Source of the DNA: Oopsacas minuta
Taxonomy: Eukaryota > Animalia > Porifera
Direction of reading: 5' to 3'
NCBI GenBank assembly: GCA_024704765.1
Contig: JAKMXF010000354.1
Location: 791,690-855,689, forward strand
Length of the DNA: 64,000 bases
The first letter of the stretch is position 1. Every line of letters starts with the position of its first letter. Under the pieces are notes generated by a model. That model was not told the DNA's origin. It ran no database searches and was given only the letters and a program-made list of their open reading frames with translations. Positions 47,814 to 58,500 of the stretch are shown here, piece by piece. The position numbers were made by a program, and so were the translations under genes.

Positions 47814-49214
47814 ATGTATCTGTTGACGTACTACCTTCTTCTCCTATCTCTCTTTCTTGCTGGAGTTTCATGTGGGGATCTTCAATCTGAAGATGAGACT
47901 GACTCTATTTGCAATGGAGATTTTGACTTTTATTTCTTACTCGATAAGTCGGGTAGTATAGGAGATGATTTTCCAGTTTATATCGTACCGTTTGTGGAGA
48001 AAGTAGTGGATAGTCTGATTAGCGATAAGATTCGTATCTCTTATATAGTCTATTCGTATGATGCTGTGGTAATCCTAGAAATTACAAATGATGAAGAGAA
48101 GATACTCAATGGATTGGAAGATCTCAGGAATGTGTATGCTGATGGAGGTACGGTTATCAGTACTGGGCTAGATGAGATTAGATATGCTATGAAGTATAAT
48201 GGAACAAATCGTGCGGCTGTAATTCTCGCGGTTACTGACGGTCAAGATAACGATATGACATCTGCGTTAAAAGCAGCCAATTTGGTGAGAAGTTTAGGAG
48301 CTAGTATTTTCGCGATTGGAGTTGGACAGGAAGTATCTTATGAGCAGCTAACCTACATTGCTGATAGTCCCTCTTCTACACATGTAATCATGATAGATGA
48401 CTTTGGAGGATTAGATGACATCATAAATACAGTAGTCAATAGAACTTGTATAGAGATTATAAGTGCTGATCCTCTGGAGGAGTGTGTCATGGCTGAAGGG
48501 AATATAACATTAATTGGTCGGGGGTTTCAGAACGGAGATAACGCATCTAACATATTCTGTATCTATCATGTTAACACTACATTTCATTATTACACTAATG
48601 CATTTCCTGGATCAACTAATCAAGTTATCAAATGTCCTCTCCCTTATGTAGAGGAACCCTCCCAGGTCTTAATACAGGTATCTCTCAATGGACTATCCTA
48701 TGTATCCAGTAATGTTACACTTACGTTTCGATACTGTGTGCCTATTGACTGGACTCTAATCTTTTCCATCCTCGGCTCTCTGCTTTTGTTTCTACTAGCG
48801 CTCTTACTTTGTTTCCTCTGGTTCTTATGGCCTGTTATAACTGGCGTGACGTATAAAATGCCTGCTAAGTATGTGGACCCTGCGCCCCTTCCCCCGCCCC
48901 CCGAGCCTAGAAAGTGGCCTGTGGTTAACGCCTCACTCTACGGGAGACCAGGTGCTGGGGGTATGATGCCTACACGAGTGGGGTGGGGCAATACAGGAGC
49001 CACAGAGATGGGGGCTAAACTGATGAAAGCTAAAGATGGAGTTATTTTGAGAGAGGAATCTTCCCCACTCGTAGAATTGGATCAACCTGAAATCGAGAAG
49101 AGATCCTTTTGTAATAAATGTTGTGAGCCTTTTTCCAGATGCTATCATTGTATCCAGTCTGTTAGACCGATCCGTGGTGATGATGGGAAATGGTTCTCAT
49201 GGAAAAAACTTTAG
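47814..49214 (+). CDS. ANTXR1: Anthrax toxin receptor-like type I membrane protein (signal peptide, vWA, Ig-like, TM, cytoplasmic)
   Basis: CNGDFDFYFLLDKSGSI (MIDAS DxSxS), VTDG, TM, then PPPPEPRKWPVVNASLYG...RVGWGNTGATEMGAKLMKAK matching the ANTXR cytoplasmic motif. ANTXR1 versus ANTXR2 cannot be resolved. Confidence 0.88.
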   Translation: MYLLTYYLLLLSLFLAGVSCGDLQSEDETDSICNGDFDFYFLLDKSGSIGDDFPVYIVPFVEKVVDSLISDKIRISYIVYSYDAVVILEITNDEEKILNGLEDLRNVYADGGTVISTGLDEIRYAMKYNGTNRAAVILAVTDGQDNDMTSALKAANLVRSLGASIFAIGVGQEVSYEQLTYIADSPSSTHVIMIDDFGGLDDIINTVVNRTCIEIISADPLEECVMAEGNITLIGRGFQNGDNASNIFCIYHVNTTFHYYTNAFPGSTNQVIKCPLPYVEEPSQVLIQVSLNGLSYVSSNVTLTFRYCVPIDWTLIFSILGSLLLFLLALLLCFLWFLWPVITGVTYKMPAKYVDPAPLPPPPEPRKWPVVNASLYGRPGAGGMMPTRVGWGNTGATEMGAKLMKAKDGVILREESSPLVELDQPEIEKRSFCNKCCEPFSRCYHCIQSVRPIRGDDGKWFSWKKL

Positions 49215-49662
49215 CGAAACTCTACCTAGTTAACATTGTTAGCATTTGTACTATTTTCATGGATGTGTACTTTAGTATACTTTTATTGCTCTGTATTTCT
49301 ACAAAAAAACTGAAGGTCACTTCCCCTTTCTGTATATTTGTGTTATCATTGCATTCTATTTAAGAAGTGTGCTAACTATACTTGTACAAGTATTTCTTTG
49401 ATAACTTCATAATTTGAAGTTAGGATTCGATATCTAAATTCTACTCAGAATTCTATTATTCTTTATCTTCCTAGATCTTATTTTGTTAGTTTCACAATTA
49501 TCTTTTCATGAATTCTCAAGTTAGCTCGATATTCTCCACTCAACACAACTGGACATTTCTTATCTGAAGCTTTTCAATTAAATTACTTTACTGAGTCTTC
49601 CCATATGCTAGTTCTCTGTTACACAAGTTCAATCAGTTAGAATTACAAAATACTATCATGTA

Positions 49663-49686
49663 TCTCTCTCTCTCTCTCTCTCTCTC
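49663..49686. repeat. (TC)12 microsatellite
   Basis: Read directly from the sequence. Confidence 0.95.
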
Positions 49687-50233
49687 TTCTCGAAGCAACT
49701 ATAGCATAATCCTGATTTATTTATTTATTTAAATTTGACATGTACAGAGACATCTAGCAGTCATCTCAGGTATTCATTAAATAATTATTTAAGTACTATA
49801 TTATACTTTACAAACTATGCATTATACAAGAGACTTATCGTCTAATACATAACGGTACACTGATCCATCTGTTTATTGCTAACAATACTGATTTAGTGTA
49901 TTTTAACTGATCATAATACTTGTGTGTGAGAAGCCCGGGAACCCTTGGGATGACATTCTTTTGCACTTTTTTATTTAATATATATGTTTATTGCGTTAGC
50001 TAATTGATTTCAGAATTGTGTTTACGGAAAATTCCTCTTAATTTGCATTGAAATAGCGAGACATCATACAAAGTATTGTCAGCTGGCTTACAAGATATTA
50101 TATTATAATAAATTCGACAGCCAAACTAGAAATATTGAAGTTGTATGAATTTTTATTTACTGATTCTAGCTCTAGTTAACAAGCAATTGATAGTTTTTGC
50201 GATAACAATTTTCGCAATATTTCTATACAATGA

Positions 50234-50332
50234 TATTGGAATCTCGTTAATACGAACACAGTAACACATACCTCAAGATGTGGACTAGAAATTTCGACCG
50301 GCCCAATCTGTATTTACTAACGAGGCCTACTG
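50234..50332. mobile_element. Degenerate MITE, family B
   Basis: TCTCGTTAATACGAACAC (50242-50259) is identical to 51774-51791. The right end TACTAACGAGGCCTACTG resembles the family-B TIR. Confidence 0.55.
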
Positions 50333-50744
50333 GATTAATCATTGTTGTATTAATGAGAATTTCTGAGCTGTAGGAAGAGTTGTGCTAAATCAGTGTTTCT
50401 ACATGTAAATATTACTTTAACTTTTGTTTACGCATATATTGAATTCTTCATAGTCTAGCTTCTACTATACAATAACCTACTTTTGAGTATCGTCATAAAC
50501 TTGTGTGTATTAATATGAATATACCGTGTGTTATATTTATATTATTAGTGTTTGTGCTTACGTTACTCACAATGTGAGTATACATTCTTAAACTTTATGC
50601 TACAACAGGATACTATACTTATATGGTAATATGTATCATATTCATTCAGTTGGAAGAAATACTCAATCATAGTCTCATTAGCAAAATCCATAGTTTACAA
50701 ACTTTAAAGACTATGAAACATGACACGCACACACTCAATATATA

Positions 50745-51569
50745 TCAAAACAGATTAAACTCAATACGTTGTTCTCCTTCAAATAACTTCCCCTCTTTCT
50801 CTTCAAACTCACCAACATCCATTGTACAATCGTTTGGAGAGTCACGAGACCTCAAATCATCTATCCCACAATTTATTCCGAACTTGAACCATTCATCCTT
50901 GAGCACTTCAATAAAGCTCCAATCCATTTTAATATAACGTCTGGCCAATTCCCTCCTCCCTATTTTAACTAGGATGATATAATTTCTCTCCTTCCTCCAC
51001 GAGATTTTTTGCTCTGAAACAAGAGATTCTATCACGCTTACAAAGTCTAAACTTTTTTTCGGTTTGGTGTCTAGGTAAACAGATAATTTGCAGACATCCG
51101 CCATGGTAAGCTCTTGCTTGAGAAAGAACAATAGTTTTGTTGCTGCAGCTTTAGCGTATTGACTTTTCCGCGCAATATCTTCTCGGTTTTTGTACTCATC
51201 CAAAATGTCTAAGTAGTATCCCGCAACTTTATTCCCTGCGTACGCTAATGCTTGTCGAAATCGATCAATTCTCAGCAAACGGTGTCGTGTGAGGTAGATT
51301 AAGAGATGGATAGAACTCTCCATATCTTTATAATCTTCTTCCTTGATGCTATACCAATGAATCATTTTCTCAGTTTCTTCCCAGCTAATTCTTTGTGCTA
51401 ATGGCAGCAGACAGTCTCTTTCCATCGATGAAGGTGGTGTTGCTTGAGGTCTTCTTTGCCCAACCTCTTTGACCTTAGTTTCCCCCTCACCGGTAACATC
51501 ACCGGAATCTTCTGTCGGTTTTTGTTTCACTTCCTCCTTTTGTATTATAACAGGCTCATTCGTTGCCAT
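50745..51569 (-). CDS. Tandem death-effector-domain-like protein (FLIP-short-like), no caspase domain
   Basis: First ATG at 51569 (the ORF track uses an upstream GTG). Two death-fold-like segments: CLLPLAQRISWEETEKM...SSIHLLIYLTRHRLL and LLFFLKQELTMADVCKLSVYL...SLDFVSVIESLVSEQKIS...LVKIGRRELARRY (RxDL-like). Confidence 0.55.
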   Translation of the reverse strand: MATNEPVIIQKEEVKQKPTEDSGDVTGEGETKVKEVGQRRPQATPPSSMERDCLLPLAQRISWEETEKMIHWYSIKEEDYKDMESSIHLLIYLTRHRLLRIDRFRQALAYAGNKVAGYYLDILDEYKNREDIARKSQYAKAAATKLLFFLKQELTMADVCKLSVYLDTKPKKSLDFVSVIESLVSEQKISWRKERNYIILVKIGRRELARRYIKMDWSFIEVLKDEWFKFGINCGIDDLRSRDSPNDCTMDVGEFEEKEGKLFEGEQRIEFNLF

Positions 51570-51765
51570 TTTTTCGCTCACAAATGTATATATATACTCT
51601 CCAAATATTAACGTGTATATCTATATATCGAACATTCCAGTACACACAGTTTTATAGTGCTATTCTCTTGGGGTATCATGTTCATTATTAGTAATTATCA
51701 CTGAGCAATAATTACTTTAAATATTACTTTTTTTGAAAGTTATGATCAACATTTTATTTGTACTA

Positions 51766-51949
51766 CAGTAGAGTCTCGTTAATACGAACACGGTTAAGAA
51801 GTAACTCCGTATGAGGAGTACAAATTTGTCCACTTTATCAGTCCCCTTCGATACCTTTTCAATGTAAATTAGTTCGGACAATACGTACTCCGGATTTGAA
51901 GTACGAATTTTGGCAGTCCCCTAGTGTACCTATTAACGAGAGTATACTG
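51766..51949. mobile_element. MITE, pogo/Tigger-like, family B, 184 bp
   Basis: TA at 51764-51765 and 51950-51951. TACAGTAGAGTCTCGTTAATA versus reverse-complemented right end TACAGTATACTCTCGTTAATA: 19/21 identical. Confidence 0.85.
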
Positions 51950-52065
51950 TATTTCTATACACTCAGCCATGAAGCCCATGATTCATTACATTACAAATTA
52001 AATGAGATACGGAGAGACCATTATATCCAACGATCATCAGTGGATATTTTTATCGCTTAAAAGAA

Positions 52066-52190
52066 CAGTGGAACACCCTTGTGAGTAACAAAATATGTTC
52101 TTATAACCGGGATAAATTATACAATATTATATGAGAACAGAGGATGATTCTTATATCCGATGTTCATATAAGGTATTTATATAACCACTG
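52066..52190. mobile_element. Degenerate MITE related to family A
   Basis: CAGTGG...CCACTG-TA ends. Internal GTTCTTATAACCGG (52097-52110) is the exact reverse complement of 62068-62081, with degenerate subterminal copies nearby. Confidence 0.5.
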
Positions 52191-52593
52191 TACTATATCT
52201 CATGATACTCATCTAGATTCTACCTATCATCAGATTCTATGAGATTCACGAGAATCACATCACCTCCTATATCTCATCCATAGACGAATCTATTATCTGA
52301 AATTCTGAATACGTGTATCGTTATTTATTGAACTTGACTATATTATCCCAGCTGTTAGGTAAGAGAAATTCTTAACACTAATTATTGTTACATTTAATAA
52401 TCTACTACCAACCAATTGTAGCCAATTGTTTAACCCAAAAGTTATATCATTTAACTGGAACTAAAAATATTACGAATCCTTGGTAGACGTGGTTCAGTTT
52501 CCCAAATACAGATTTGATAAGTTTAACTTTACTTTATTGTGTATGGAATATTGTACTGTTCCACTTTACTCGTGATGTAACTGATAGGCTAAG

Positions 52594-55500
52594 CTATACC
52601 ATTGTTTCTGTATTGCCTGTGACCTTGTTGATATTTGTAATGGGAACTGCCCTGACCTTTGAGTTAGGAGGGGTCTTGGGAGGAGCTGGTGCGGGTCTTG
52701 AAGGTTTATAAGGTTTTGTTTTCAAAGAATGTGACTGATAATATTCCCCTGAATAAGCAGAATATGCTCTACTCCTTAACTCGTTGATATTAGGGTCAGT
52801 AGAATAGCTGGTGAAGGGAGGTGGAGATGTGTAGTAAGGGATCGCGCTGTTGTACCCAACAAATGGAGCATTATACTGTTCAGGATATTCATAACTCGGA
52901 GTATGGCTATGATTGTACTCTGCTATTTCTCTTGGTAAAGATTCGTTCATTAGATTATCAAATGAAGTTGGCATCATTGACATTGATGGGATATGAACTG
53001 AGCTAGGGTAGTAAAATGGGGCTGGTACCATTACCTGTCTGAAGTGAGGATCAGAGGGGAAATGGCCATGTTGAGGTAAGCTCCCATAAGGCACTGAGAA
53101 CTCTACATAACTGTTAAAACCTTGATAGCTTGCGTTATTGCTATTAGGATACCCGTATGTGTAATTATTGGAGTCTGGTCGCTTCTTAGCGTTTGTATTT
53201 GGAGTAATTGGTATTTCTGTTGTACCACCGAAATTCACCTTCAGGCCTCGAGGCCGGCTCGAACAGTTAGAATCTAAATCTTGTGAATCCTTGCTTGTAC
53301 TGAGACCATTACTACTAGCTGTTGAGGATATTGAATTGTAGAACTGAGGCTGTTTCAAGTTACTTTTGAGTGTACTCTTATTGGGTGATTTTGGTGGGAG
53401 AGTAGGTGGCTTGGCTGGTCTAGGAGGCAGCTGTTTGTCTGTTTGTTTCAGATTTATGTTAATCTTAACACTTTGCGGACTATCGGTGTGTGAAGATATT
53501 TCTGGTGGATTTACTTGCGTATTATCTGAACTAACACTCTCAGTAGCTTCTCTGAATTTAGTTCTTCCTCCGTTAGGTAGTACTTCACTAGTTCTCACAA
53601 GTTGTGGGAGATTAACGTATGGTTGTTTTGACTTATTTACTCCTGATACCTTCTTTGTTACTACTTTAGGTAATGCTTGTGGATATGGTGGGACAGGTGG
53701 TGGTTTCTTCTGCTCTGATTGTTTGATAGGTAGACTAGTTGTTAGTGTGTCTTTATCTGAGAATAGGAATGAGGTTTCTAAGTCTCTAGCAGAAGAGGGA
53801 GGTGAGCTAACACTGAGGCGTTTTTTTGGATGTACCAAGGTGACATCATCTCTGGTAGGAGGAGATGTCATTTCATCTGTCTCAGACCCAGAGCTGCTAT
53901 TTGTTTTCAGCTTTATTGTAGTTATTTCGTGCTCAGGCAGTAGAATGCTGTTATCAATTGACGTTTGAAACTCAAACTGTGGATTATTGACAATGCTCGG
54001 AGACTGTTTAGTGAATGTATTGCGAGGTTTAACCTTTGGAGAGGTTAGAGTAAGGTGCATTGGAGACGCTTTTATTCTAGGACTCATTTCACTAAGGTCA
54101 GATGGAGAGCGAGAGGGAGGAGGAGGGAAGAGGAATACAGGGTGAGGACCTGTGAGTTCTGTAGGAGTGGTAATACTGAGCTTTTTTGGAATTTGTGGAA
54201 CAGGTTTGCTTTCATCTTCTGATGAGGACTCGTCTGGTTGGCTCCTCCTTCCTGAACCTCTTTCTGACCTAGTTTTCAGTCGCTTCGTTTTCCCTCTCAA
54301 TGCAATTCCTCCATCCACACTATTGAAGTGATATGTTGGATCTGAATGACACATATAAGGTTTAACTTCAAACCGATTTTCAGGATCAGGCGAATCTATT
54401 CTCATCTCGAATTGAAGGGATTTTCTTAGTTTAGTTTTCCTATTAATTTTGCTATACAACTCCTCAAGATTTGGTGGGCTCGGATTTCGTAATTCTGTAT
54501 CAGAACATGCTTTCTCTTCACCTTTGCCTTTGTCTTTTTTGTTGTTCTTTTTGTATTTGAAAATACTTTTGAATTTGTCTGCAGCATTTGACGACTTTCT
54601 TCTAGCCTTCAAATGTTTGGGGGAGTTGGAGGTAGGCGTTGAGTTCTTAGATTCTTCTCCGTTAAAGAGAGTGAAATCTGGATTTATTTCAATATCATTT
54701 ATACTACAGTATTGAGTCTGATGGGGGATATTATAATTGCTAGGTCGGATGTTGGCGTGAATAGCTGTAATCCACTCATGAAGTGATCCTCTATAGGAAA
54801 TAGAATAGTACACATAAACACTTACAAAGAGTTAATATTACGACACGATTACAGCATGATTGTTCAATAAATTAGAGTAATTAATAACATAATTATGCTA
54901 TATTTAGTATTATATTCCTATTTTAGAATATTTACAATATTTGCTTACCCATCCTCTGTAGCCAGGGTATAAGTAATACCCTCAGTCTTAATCTGGAAAG
55001 AGTTTGCTTGATTTTTGTAGTTACCCATCACTTGTATTGCTTTGTAAGTGCAAGACTTAAATGAGATAAATAAAATTCTGTTTATTGGGTTTATTGTGTC
55101 GCTTTGAGTGGGGTATATCTCCAGTGAGCTTACCATCAGTATTTCTGCCAGCTGCACCCAATACTGGTACCATTTCTAGACAATAAACACATTATCAAAT
55201 CTACTAATTACATTTAACTGTATCAATTACATGAATTAACTTGTGTCCTATCCCAGTAGCATAGTACGTAATTAATAGCTATTCTAATATGTTGATAAGT
55301 AGTTAGATAGGATGCAGGGCACCTTGTACGCTGCTAGAGACGACGTAAGAACTTTCAAAGTTCAGATAGCTGCTAACTATTCTGGAAAGGCTATCACAGT
55401 TCTTTCAGACCCTCCTCAGTTTATTCTGGGAGAGACTAACGTGGGTGTAGAGTTTCTATCCAAGTTTCCACTCGGGAAAGTGCCTGCCTTCGAGACAACC

Positions 55501-58500
55501 AACGGTGATACTCTGGTACACTCTGATGCAATCGCTAGCTACCTTTCCAATGCTGAATTACGAGGTGCTACAGAATTCGATCAAGCAAAGGTACAACAAT
55601 TCGTTAGTATTGCAGAGTCAGAGGTCATGCCTGCTTGCTGTAACTGGGTATATCCCACACTGGGGATAATCCAGCCTAACAAATTGAATGTGGATAAGGC
55701 AAAACAAACAATCACAGATGTTCTATGCTTTTTAAATCAGCATCTATCTACACGAACCTTCTTAGTAGGAGAGAGAGTCTCTCTGGCAGATATCAGTATG
55801 ACTTGCTCATTTCTACTGCTATACAAACAAGTATTGGAGCCATCTCTTAGGGATTCTTTTGAGAACACAAATCGCTGGTTTATCACTTGTATTAACCAGC
55901 CTCACTTCAAAGCTGTTATAGGAGAAGTAGCTCTATGCGAGAAGATGGCTCAGTTCGATTCTAAGCGGTACAACGAGCTGAACAAGAAAGAGGGAGGAGG
56001 CAAGAAAGCTAAAGTGCCAGCTGCTACTAAAGCAGAGTCTAAGAAAGAGGCTCCGGCCAAGGAAGCCAAGGAGGAGATTCCAGCACTAGATGACGATGAA
56101 GATGACGATATCTTAATTCGCAGAGCTGAGCCTAAATCAGTTGACCCCTACAAGGACCTACCACCTGCATCTCTGAATATGGACGAGTTCAAAGGCGTAT
56201 ACTCTAACAAAGATATTGAAACTGTAGCTCTACCGTTTTTCTTTGAAAATATTAAGTTGGAGGAGCACAGCATTTGGCACTGTGTGTATGAATATGTTGA
56301 TGAACTTAATCAACCATTCATGGCATGTAATTTAGTTTCTGGGTTTTACCAACGTATCGATAAGCTGAGAAAAACCGCATTTGGTGTCATGGCTGTATTC
56401 ACACAGGGTGTAAAGGCAATTGGGATTGAGGGAATATGGGTTTTCAGAGGTCAGGAGAAAGCTTTCGATCTCTGTGAAGATTGGAATATTGACGCTCCTT
56501 CTTATACATTCAGGAAGCTCAATCTAGAACAGCAGGATGACAAACAAAAAGTATGTGACTTCTTCCTTAGGAAAGACAACATTGGTGGGGTTGTAGTTCA
56601 CGATGCTAAAGTTTTCAAGTAACTCTCCTCTCTCATTGACATTAGGTTAGTAATGGTATAGTAAAAATATATTAGGAGTATTAGTTTCTGAACAAGAGTG
56701 TAGAGAAATTTTCAACTAGTTTATATGTTGTTTCTTTGAATTCCTATTCATTAAACAAATCTTATCTATCCCTAGCTAAAATCTGTCCAACATTGGACGT
56801 ATGTTATCTGTACTGTTTGATATACAGTAGATATATGTGTAAATTGTAATCAGTAGTTTGAATGAGCTTGGTTAATGTTATCTAATTAGTAAGATAACTC
56901 GTGGTGTAGATTAGACTTAACTATTACAGTATTATATTCATTAAGTAGACATTAATGTTGCCTCAATGTCTCAAAGTCTAGAGATATAATACTAACATAA
57001 TATTTCTATGATGAAAGCACGTATCAATATCCAAGTTAATTTGCCTTAGTATCAAACACAATCACCAATAGCTAAACATGGTTTCATTTCATTAAGTTGG
57101 AAGTAATAGTATTTACCAAATTATATATTAATTTTCTTCTATATTCAATGGTCTATGGGTCATATTAGCATTTAGAACTCATTCTATTAGAAAAGTATTG
57201 AATTTAGCCAAGTTGTGAGATGGAAGAGAATACAGGAAATGTTCCTACATTTGACGCGTGTTGGAAAGGAGAGTATGAACAGAACATGTTTATTGAGACA
57301 GACCTCAGGGCAGACGAAAGCTTAGGAGATCCAATCCATATATCAGGCAGAGCCCCAGAAGAGGGATGCTTACCGAAATGGGCGCGTAAAAACAGGATGC
57401 GGTATCTACAGAACGCGGGAGCCTGGCAGGAACAAGAACTTCTCGAGATCTATCGTGAGGGACTCCTCCGTCTGAAGGAGCTATATAAAGCACAGAGAAG
57501 ACACTTATGGTTAGAAATGAAAGAGAAACGAAGAAAATATTTATTCCAAGTTCTAGAAGCTTCCAATCAGAAGACCCTCACTCCCAGCTTAATGGAGAGT
57601 CTCAGTGCTCCTTCGACACAGCAGGAATCTGTAATAGAAAAATATAGTACATTCCATGGGGAAGAGGGTTTGGTTGCTAGGAAGAGTTTCATTACAATGG
57701 CAGAGTTATCAATCGAGAAACTGAGTGAAGAGAAACAATCTCGTCTGGTTATTGGTAAGCCTAAACCAGCTCCAGGCGCTAATCTAGACTATCAAGAGTA
57801 CAGCAAATTTCTAGGTCGTATACAGAGTGCACTAGCTTCTCAGCCTTCTAATGCTGATCGTTGCAGAGTTAAGAATTGTATTAGACAACATCTACCTCGT
57901 AGCAACTACTGTATATCTCATATCATGAGAGACACAGAGCAGTGTTTGTTTGTTAAGTGCTCACATGAAGGAGCTGAGTCTTGTGAGAATATTGTTAGCA
58001 GAACTGAGGCTCAGACTCTCTGTATTCTCCATAGAACAATTCCTGAGTGCAACAACTCACCACCAATTCAATAAATACAAAAATTGTTCCGTCATTATTA
58101 GTTATTTTGTTAAGAGACTTATGAGTGGAAAATGATTGAATATTTAAACGATTTTTAAGTAATATAGCAATTATCTGTGTAAGTAAATGTTAATAATTAT
58201 TACATAAGGTGTAGTTGTTAGTATTTTATGCAGAGTAACAGTCAAGAGCGATTGGAATCTTACAAAAACGGAGGTAAGCATTATGATTGGAAATGTAAGT
58301 ATCGTCAGAAGTGCTTAGACAGACTTAAGACAGGCCGGAGGAAAGTACAAGATCAATTCAGACATCTGTCAGTTACATCCACGAGTGAAGCTTATGTGCT
58401 AGCTAAGGAGATAAGTTCTAATCTAGTGGAAGAAGTGCTGACAGATACAAATACTTATATAGAAACAGATAAACACGAATCGTTGGTGGATGAATTATCA

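Noticed and set aside
53366-53968. 200-aa plus-strand ORF and similar antisense ORFs (e.g. 6452-6838, 22643-22963, 34610-34912)
   Set aside because: Shadow frames of real genes on the opposite strand; no independent protein signature.
55231-55278. Possible local micro-exon (LLITYYATGIGHKLIH) as the 5' exon of the PH adaptor
   Set aside because: No ATG and not PH-like; the exon at 58975-58922 supplies a start codon, a strong donor and the canonical KEG-x-L strand.
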